A DNA stretch of 5,054 nucleotides, from the sequence record OP999031.1. One strand, given 5' to 3'. Below are positions 1 to 4,692 of this stretch, one piece after another; positions within the stretch are counted from its first letter, which is position 1; each line of letters begins with the position of its first letter. The notes below the pieces were generated by a model that saw nothing but the letters and a program-made list of their open reading frames with translations, had not been told where the DNA came from and searched no databases. A program made the translations under genes and the position numbers.

Positions 1-186
1 ATTAATGTTAAGTTTTTTCTATTTACCCAAATTTTAAATGAAAAAGAGATAAAAAAATTAAAATGTTAAGCAAATCATTTTTGAAATTTAATCAGATCAG
101 ACATAAAAACAAGTTTTGAAAATCATTTCAGAAACTTTACTAATACAAAATAAGGGGAAAGCGTAAGCTTTACAAAAAATGGGGGT

Positions 187-238
187 TAAGGGGGCGGAAA
201 GCCTCGCCTCTCTGAGGCGGGGATGGATAGCCCCCTTA
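187..238 (+). repeat. Left-end palindrome of the IS200/IS605-type element
   Basis: Inner stem CCTCGCCTC(202-210)-TCT-GAGGCGGGG(214-222), 9 bp with one G.T pair. It is nested inside a perfect 9-bp inverted repeat TAAGGGGGC(187-195)/GCCCCCTTA(230-238). Confidence 0.85.
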
Positions 239-251
239 TAAAGTTTAAATA
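238..251 (+). promoter_or_regulatory. Archaeal BRE-TATA promoter inside the element (former tnpB promoter)
   Basis: ATAAAG(238-243) followed by TTTAAATA(244-251). A GTG at 275-277 lies at the distance expected for a leaderless start. Confidence 0.6.
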
Positions 252-274
252 CCTCTTTGGTGGAATTTTTCTTA

Positions 275-479
275 GTGGCGTTAATGATCCTCCTCTCCAG
301 CTCGATTGAGGGTTTAATGAGACTGAGGGAGGAGCAACTATCATCTCCATTTTCTATTTCACGGGATCCAGACAACGTGAATGACGGATCCCCAATTTCC
401 AAATGGGAGTGGACCTCTGATCCACTCGACTGCCCACCAAATGAGAGATGTAAACCCGAATCAATGGTGGGAACGATGA
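275..479 (+). pseudogene. tnpB: tnpB remnant: short 5' stub fused out of frame to the extreme 3' end
   Basis: Frame 402-479 reads NGSGPLIHSTAHQMRDVNPNQWWER*. From memory this resembles Sulfolobales TnpB C-termini (STAPQMTDVNPNR-like) that overlap the right end. The 5' part (275-~365, VALMILLSSSIEGLMRLREEQLSSPFS) follows the promoter and may be the old N-terminus. No RuvC or zinc-finger motifs remain. The resemblance needs confirming by tblastn. Confidence 0.55.
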
Positions 480-549
480 TCCACTCTGGATGGGAACCCT
501 CGTCCCTTCCAGGGCGGGGAGCAAGTCAGGTAAAGGAGGTGGTATAATA
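400..549 (+). ncRNA. Putative TnpB omegaRNA (reRNA) scaffold plus flank-derived guide (~530-549)
   Basis: Stems are visible: GAGTGGA(407-413)/TCCACTC(421-427); CCCACCA(433-439)/TGGTGGG(465-471); ATCCA(479-483)/TGGAT(487-491); and the right-end hairpin. TnpB omegaRNAs are known to derive from the tnpB 3' end plus right end, with the guide taken from the flanking DNA. The 5' and 3' limits are approximate. Confidence 0.55.
494..529 (+). repeat. Right-end palindrome and TCAG cleavage site of the IS200/IS605-type element
   Basis: GAAC guide (494-497), then imperfect stem CCTCG-t-CCCT(498-507)-TCC-AGGGCGGGG(511-519), then GCAAG-TCAG ending at 529. Confidence 0.85.
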
Positions 550-704
550 TAACAGCTTTGCAATTGCTAACTAAAGCATAGCTATACAAAGAAAGAGAAG
601 GTAGTTAAACTTTGTTTCTCCTTATTATCTATCGTTTCGCATAAATGAACTACGAAAAAGGTACTACTGCTTTATTGTACTACGTAACACATAACCTAAA
701 AACA

Positions 705-716
705 CAAAATTATAAG
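705..716 (+). promoter_or_regulatory. BRE-TATA for the ORF starting at ATG 742
   Basis: CAAAA-TTATAA, with TTATAA at 710-715, i.e. -32 to -27 from ATG 742. This is leaderless spacing and favours ATG 742 over TTG 721. Confidence 0.5.
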
Positions 717-741
717 CTAGTTGGAGCATAAATTTATTGTT

Positions 742-1551
742 ATGATTAAACCCCTTAAGCTAAGGCCAACTTTAGCAATAATAGAGGGTTTTACAAGAAC
801 TGTTCCTCCGCCTGGCCTTTTACGCTACCTAAAAGATGTAGGAAATCCTAAGTACGCGTACTTGATAGATCAAGGCAATGGGTTAGTTGAAATAAAGTTT
901 ACGGATCAGGAATTAAATTACCCGAAGCTGGGCTATTACTTACTTTATAGAAAAGACACTAAAAAGCAAACGTTAGTAATACGTTTTCCACGTGATTATG
1001 ATGGAAGGTATTATAAAGCTTACACTCCTGATTCTATAATCTTATCGAAAAAGACAGTGATAAAGAAACGAAAATACATAAGAAAGTCTGCGTTAGTAAT
1101 TGAGCATTTTGTTGAAGAATTAAAGCCACTTAAGCCAGATTATGATTTGCTTATAATTGCAGACAAGAAGAAAAGCAAAGAAAAGAAGAGATTTATTAAC
1201 AAGACGATGCTAGTTACTGAGTATAATACTGGTGATAGAATATACTACTACATAAAAATACTTGACAAAAACAAAACAATACTAAAGAGAGTAGCGCATG
1301 AATTTTCAAAAGATGGAGTGCTTGAGCTCAACTTAAAAAAGCTTGAACGCTTTTATGGTGTAAAGCTAGGCAAAATTGTTTCTGTGCAGGATTATGGGGA
1401 TGAGATCAGCTTGCTTTACGATACTAGAGAAGAAAGCAAAAAATATGTGCTCAGGGTGAAGTATGATGGTTATTGGGTTGTGACTGTTGATGAGATGATG
1501 AATCTGATAACGCTTGTCCGTTTCCCGACTGTGGCTGACAGTTCGCAGTAG
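742..1551 (+). CDS. Hypothetical basic, beta-rich protein, possibly with several AbrB/SpoVT-like (swapped-hairpin) DNA-binding units
   Basis: Long ORF (721 TTG or 742 ATG to TAG 1551, followed by TAG TAA), rich in Lys and Tyr. The segments GFTRTVPPPGLLRYL...KYAYLIDQGNGLVEIKF, QTLVIRFPRDY...YTPDSIILSKK and KDGVLELNLKKLERFYGVKLGKIVSVQDYGDEISLLY resemble the AbrB pattern by eye. CDS confidence is high; the product call is tentative. Confidence 0.8.
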   Translation: MIKPLKLRPTLAIIEGFTRTVPPPGLLRYLKDVGNPKYAYLIDQGNGLVEIKFTDQELNYPKLGYYLLYRKDTKKQTLVIRFPRDYDGRYYKAYTPDSIILSKKTVIKKRKYIRKSALVIEHFVEELKPLKPDYDLLIIADKKKSKEKKRFINKTMLVTEYNTGDRIYYYIKILDKNKTILKRVAHEFSKDGVLELNLKKLERFYGVKLGKIVSVQDYGDEISLLYDTREESKKYVLRVKYDGYWVVTVDEMMNLITLVRFPTVADSSQ

Positions 1552-2335
1552 TAGTAAGCCTTGCCAGATAACTGAAAAACTCCTGACGTGTTAGAAGGTC
1601 ATTATCATACATATGTAAAAGTAATATGACAGTTGTTGGCCTTGAAACGCCATATTTTTCAAAAAGCGCTTCTTGCTCAAGTAATTCTTTGTATTTTTTA
1701 TATTCTTGCGGTGCCATATATAATGGAAGTTTTTCACCACATTTAGCTGGTATTTTTCTTAGTCTGAGAGCCTTTAGTAGGCTAATTACGTTTTGTTTAA
1801 ATGAAGGATCTGAGAGGAAGCGATAAATTGCTTCTTTTATGTACTCTGCTGGTATACTGCCTGCATTGCGAATCTTGGTGGTTAATTCTTTCTTAAAACC
1901 AAGCGGAACAAAAAATATATGTTTTGTATTATGCATTGCCGAATCTTGAGTATATGGCTCAATATCTTCATCAGTCAGAAGCCCTGCCTCTTTTGCGCTT
2001 AAGAAGAGTGCTGCGAGTAGTAATTTGCTTAATGTTAGTCTTTTTTCTGGCGGAGCATTTTGTAGAGCTTCAACTGCTGCTTTAACTACTTTTTCATAGA
2101 GCGAGAGTGGAAGTAAAACTTTACATTTAGTCATACCTTTTCTAAATGCGTGAATGTTTAGCGCAAAAGTGATTAAGTCTTTCATTACATTAGGATCGCG
2201 GATTGCCTTGTTGAGATAAGAAACTGGAAATTTTTGTAAAGCATAGCTATCCTTTTGAACTAACTTCTCTGCAATATCATCTGGTACAGTATAGTCTACT
2301 TCTTTCACGTAGACTCCAGAGATTACTGGAGACAT
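1451..2335 (-). CDS. Putative transcriptional regulator with four tandem ribbon-helix-helix-like units (2 x 2 duplication)
   Basis: 294-aa ORF. Four strand-Pro-helix-helix units start at KEVDYTVPDDIAEKL, TKCKVLLPLSLYEKV, TKHIFFVPLGFKKEL and EKLPLYMAPQEYKKY. The halves (aa ~10-128 and ~137-256) align by eye. The last ~34 aa are low-complexity and antisense to the opposite gene. Confidence 0.8.
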   Translation of the reverse strand: MSPVISGVYVKEVDYTVPDDIAEKLVQKDSYALQKFPVSYLNKAIRDPNVMKDLITFALNIHAFRKGMTKCKVLLPLSLYEKVVKAAVEALQNAPPEKRLTLSKLLLAALFLSAKEAGLLTDEDIEPYTQDSAMHNTKHIFFVPLGFKKELTTKIRNAGSIPAEYIKEAIYRFLSDPSFKQNVISLLKALRLRKIPAKCGEKLPLYMAPQEYKKYKELLEQEALFEKYGVSRPTTVILLLHMYDNDLLTRQEFFSYLARLTTTANCQPQSGNGQALSDSSSHQQSQPNNHHTSP

Positions 2336-2341
2336 GAAACC

Positions 2342-2698
2342 TTACCCATTCACCAGTTTTTTAGTCTCGCATAATAGTATCTTAATGCTATTAAGGTTAT
2401 CTTTTGCTAATTCTTCTCTTCTCTTTCCTTTAATCAAATCATCTATTTTTGCCTTTTCTGCAACTGCCAATTTTCTAGCAAACTGAAGAAGAATGTATGC
2501 CTTTTCAGCCTCTGGGGTTTCTCTTCTTTTTTCATCGAGCAAAAGCATTGCTCTTGATATATTATTTACGACATTACTAAGGTTTTTTCTGATAGTGAGA
2601 AATTTTTTAGTTTCTGCTGAAGCAGTAAGCAGTTGAATTGAGTTGTCTAGCAGGTTTGTAATTCTTTCGTGAAAAATTTTATTAGTTTGAAGCAACAT
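2342..2698 (-). CDS. Hypothetical all-alpha-helical protein, 118 aa; first gene of a two-gene operon with the RHH-repeat gene
   Basis: GGTGA Shine-Dalgarno (2705-2709, minus strand) 6 nt before the ATG, amphipathic helical pattern, and a 6-nt gap to the next ATG at 2335. Confidence 0.85.
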   Translation of the reverse strand: MLLQTNKIFHERITNLLDNSIQLLTASAETKKFLTIRKNLSNVVNNISRAMLLLDEKRRETPEAEKAYILLQFARKLAVAEKAKIDDLIKGKRREELAKDNLNSIKILLCETKKLVNG

Positions 2699-2732
2699 TT
2701 TTTATCACCATATTAGATATTGACTTTTTTTA

Positions 2733-2746
2733 TATTTAAAGTTTTC
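2733..2746 (-). promoter_or_regulatory. BRE-TATA promoter of the leftward operon
   Basis: The minus strand reads GAAAAC-TTTAAATA, which predicts a transcription start near 2711, just upstream of the GGTGA Shine-Dalgarno. Confidence 0.6.
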
Positions 2747-2800
2747 TCACATCAATAACGTAACAAGAAACGAAAGGAAATGTATGGATAACAATCTTCT

Positions 2801-2890
2801 CCCCCTAAATAGTGGGGTTTGGTAGGCTTTTTCGGTAAATCTACCAAAATCTGTTAAACTGTTCATAATTCTCCAAAACTGGAGAATTAT
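2801..2890. repeat. Cluster of three adjacent inverted repeats in the divergent intergenic region
   Basis: CCCC-CTA-AA-TAG-t-GGGG (2801-2817); perfect 8-bp TTTGGTAG(2818-2825)/CTACCAAA(2841-2848); perfect 11-bp ATAATTCTCCA(2865-2875)/TGGAGAATTAT(2880-2890). Confidence 0.8.
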
Positions 2891-2914
2891 AATGATAAAC
2901 TCGTAAAAGTATGG

Positions 2915-2948
2915 AAAAAGTTTATACAGTTAGCAAAAAGTTTATAAA
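2915..2948 (+). promoter_or_regulatory. Tandem BRE-TATA boxes upstream of ORF 2972
   Basis: AAAAAGTTTATA occurs at 2915-2926 and 2935-2946 (20-bp period). TTTATAAA (2941-2948) lies at -31 to -24 from ATG 2972. Confidence 0.65.
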
Positions 2949-2971
2949 CCGAGTTAAAGAGAAAACGACAT

Positions 2972-3475
2972 ATGGAAGTAACAGCAAACAAGCAAGAAGA
3001 AATAAAGAATAAAAAAGAAGAAATAAAAGAACTGCTGAAACAAGTAGATAACTTTAGCAAGCTTGTGAATAAACTTCAAAACAAAGTAGAAGAACTGCTA
3101 AAGGAAAGAGAAGAGTTGTGGAACGAAATTGCTGAGCTTAACAAAGAGATAAATGAACTAAAGAAAGAGAAGCAAAAGCTAGAGTTGATAGAGAAGGCGC
3201 TAAAACAAAACATTAGTACAATAGGAAGAAGGAAAAAACGTAATGCTGAGCAACTAGACGATTTACCTAGCCAGCTTGATAGAATAATTATAAAGAAAAA
3301 GCAAATTCAAACAAGGTTAAATGAATTGATAAAGAAGCAACGAAACTTAATAGGTAAAAGAAAAGCAGTTGAAGAGGAAATTAAAAAAACCTTGAAAATG
3401 ATGGATGAGGCAAAACAGCAAAGAGAGGAGTCTGAGGCTTTCTTGTCAATTCTTGCAAAAGCTAAAAATTTATAA
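2972..3475 (+). CDS. Coiled-coil protein, 167 aa
   Basis: Near-continuous heptad pattern (e.g. LVNKLQNKVEELLKEREELWNEIAELNKEINELKKE), very rich in Lys and Glu, leaderless promoter upstream. Confidence 0.88.
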   Translation: MEVTANKQEEIKNKKEEIKELLKQVDNFSKLVNKLQNKVEELLKEREELWNEIAELNKEINELKKEKQKLELIEKALKQNISTIGRRKKRNAEQLDDLPSQLDRIIIKKKQIQTRLNELIKKQRNLIGKRKAVEEEIKKTLKMMDEAKQQREESEAFLSILAKAKNL

Positions 3476-3476
3476 A
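3463..3476 (+). promoter_or_regulatory. BRE-TATA overlapping the stop codon of ORF 2972-3475, for ORF 3502
   Basis: TAAAAA-TTTATAAA, with the box at 3469-3476, -33 to -26 from ATG 3502. Confidence 0.5.
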
Positions 3477-3501
3477 ATGACACGTAAAGAAATAAATTAA
3501 T

Positions 3502-4110
3502 ATGAAAGTAAAAGGTCTTAGAGAATATAATAAAGAAGATTATCTACATAATTATCTACATTTCATATTTTTAAAGAACATTTTAAGAAATAAAAAAGAA
3601 CTTCAAGAGTTTAATAGATTATCAAAAAAAGCCGATAGGCTTAGCACTGAAGCAGAAAACACAAGCGAAAAAATTTTTGATAGTATAATAGATCTTTATA
3701 ACAGATTGAATGAAGAAGAGGTGCCGGAAGCTGAGATAACCAGCAAAATAAATGAGATAATAGAAATGCTAGAACGAGAGGATAAGATGGAACTGGAATA
3801 TCTAGAAACATTAACAAAAATGAACCAAACAAATTTAGATATGCTAATGAGATCAGTAGAAAATGCCACTAGGTCTAATCCTATTAACAAAGATAAAATA
3901 ATGGATGGTATAGAAGATCTGAAAAATAGATTAGAGGAGATGCACGAATTACTTCTAAGGACTAACGATATTACAAAAGAATTAATTAATATAATGAAAA
4001 AAGCAAAGCAGAATGCCTCACAAAGATTAGAATTGCTAGAACAGGCAATAGAAGTATTTCACAAAAGAGATGAGATCTCTGATGAACTAGATAAACTTTT
4101 TCCAGATTAA
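3502..4110 (+). CDS. Hypothetical acidic helical/coiled-coil protein, 202 aa
   Basis: Long ORF with amphipathic helices throughout and an acidic C-terminal helix (DEISDELDKLFPD). No catalytic motif seen. Confidence 0.88.
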   Translation: MKVKGLREYNKEDYLHNYLHFIFLKNILRNKKELQEFNRLSKKADRLSTEAENTSEKIFDSIIDLYNRLNEEEVPEAEITSKINEIIEMLEREDKMELEYLETLTKMNQTNLDMLMRSVENATRSNPINKDKIMDGIEDLKNRLEEMHELLLRTNDITKELINIMKKAKQNASQRLELLEQAIEVFHKRDEISDELDKLFPD

Positions 4111-4122
4111 AGAGGCGAGAAG

Positions 4123-4332
4123 ATGGCCAAAATAGGTAAATACTTGATAGAGGATGAAGGTGATTTCTTAAAGATAACTAACTTGGAAAGCGGTAATGAA
4201 CTTGATCTGAACACTGTTAGGCTTTATAAGTTTGAGATTAAGAGAATTGAAAATCTTGGTGATGATGGCATTATTTACTATTATGATGGTAGAAAACAGA
4301 GGATTTCTGAACTCTTCAAAACTTCATTTTAG
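4123..4332 (+). CDS. Small hypothetical beta-rich protein, 69 aa
   Basis: GAGG Shine-Dalgarno-like motif (4112-4115), 12 nt after the previous stop, globular-like composition. Confidence 0.72.
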   Translation: MAKIGKYLIEDEGDFLKITNLESGNELDLNTVRLYKFEIKRIENLGDDGIIYYYDGRKQRISELFKTSF

Positions 4333-4638
4333 ACTTTTACATTCTTCCTTTATTCCCTTAACAATGTAACGAGTTAACACGGGGTTGATAGGGTAAAAAT
4401 CATAATCAAGGCATTTAAAGTTTGGTTTTGCCTTCAGAGAACGATCTGCTAAAAGATTTAGAAGTTCTTCCATATCACTCATTAAATTATTTAAAAGCGT
4501 AACATACTGTGCAACTACTTGTGTGCAATCTACCTTTTGCTCATCTTTTTTGCTTTCTGCAGCCTTTTGCTCTTCATCCTCTTCATTTTTCGGTTTGTCA
4601 GTAGCAACGCGTGCTCTAGGGATGTATGGTAAAGACAT
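4324..4638 (-). CDS. Hypothetical protein, 104 aa (charged disordered N-terminus, helical core)
   Basis: ATG start with a TATA box 22-29 nt upstream on the minus strand, and a 9-nt convergent overlap with ORF 4123-4332. Confidence 0.75.
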   Translation of the reverse strand: MSLPYIPRARVATDKPKNEEDEEQKAAESKKDEQKVDCTQVVAQYVTLLNNLMSDMEELLNLLADRSLKAKPNFKCLDYDFYPINPVLTRYIVKGIKEECKSLK

Positions 4639-4659
4639 ATATTACTATTCGATATTACT

Positions 4660-4667
4660 TTTATAAA
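4660..4667. promoter_or_regulatory. Palindromic TATA box TTTATAAA between divergent leaderless genes
   Basis: The only clear TATA in the 54-bp gap between ATG 4638 (minus) and ATG 4693 (plus): -29/-22 from the first and -33/-26 from the second. Confidence 0.55.
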
Positions 4668-4692
4668 TTCTGTAGTCGAAATAAAGAATAAC

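Larger units (their letters stand above)
174..529 (+). mobile_element. Non-autonomous IS200/IS605-family element (internally deleted tnpB-type, MITE/PATE-like), 356 bp
   Basis: Hand count gives ~50% GC versus ~22% in 1-173. Two related subterminal hairpins share CCTCG...CGGGGA (202-223 and 498-520). Each is preceded by a guide tetranucleotide that fits the IS608-type guide/cleavage pairing rule: left AAAG (198-201) predicts TTAC, found at 170-173; right GAAC (494-497) predicts TCAG, found at 526-529. No terminal inverted repeats or target-site duplication, as expected for this family. No tnpA and no intact tnpB. Confidence 0.85.

Noticed and set aside
1-134. AT-rich stretch with short repeats (ATGTTAAG at 5-12 and 63-70, AAATCATTT at 72-80 and 120-128) as an origin or CRISPR leader
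   Set aside because: The repeats are short, irregularly spaced and expected at ~80% AT; no repeat-spacer array is present.
97-402. 101-aa minus-strand ORF
   Set aside because: Runs antisense across the element's left end and out into the AT-rich flank; no start signals and no protein-like pattern.
257-547. 96-aa plus-strand ORF as a functional gene
   Set aside because: Best explained as a tnpB 5' stub read out of frame through the omegaRNA/right-end sequence. The listed start at 257 lies too close to the TATA box to be transcribed from it.
354-563. 69-aa minus-strand ORF
   Set aside because: Antisense to the GC-rich right end and crosses the element boundary; likely a by-product of GC richness.
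535-576. Strong Shine-Dalgarno-like GGAGGTG right after the element
   Set aside because: No ATG/GTG/TTG at suitable spacing leading to a credible ORF; only a ~10-codon frame follows.
1626-1826. 66-aa plus-strand ORF
   Set aside because: Entirely antisense to the RHH-repeat gene; shadow ORF.
2314-2331. CTCCAG/CTGGAG inverted repeat sharing a CTCCA...TGGAG core with the 2865-2890 repeat
   Set aside because: Only 6 bp, inside coding sequence, and with a different spacer (8 versus 4 nt between cores); insufficient to call an operator.
2911-3012. 33-codon ORF (MEKVYTVSKK...) over the tandem TATA boxes
   Set aside because: Overlaps the promoter and the start of ORF 2972; no supporting signals.
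2994-3027. 13-bp direct repeat AAGAAGAAATAAA with a 21-nt period
   Set aside because: Simply a duplicated heptad (EEIK) in the coiled-coil coding sequence.
3641-3890. Two minus-strand ORFs of 63 and 64 aa
   Set aside because: Hydrophobic/Ser-rich shadows of the A-rich 202-aa gene on the opposite strand.
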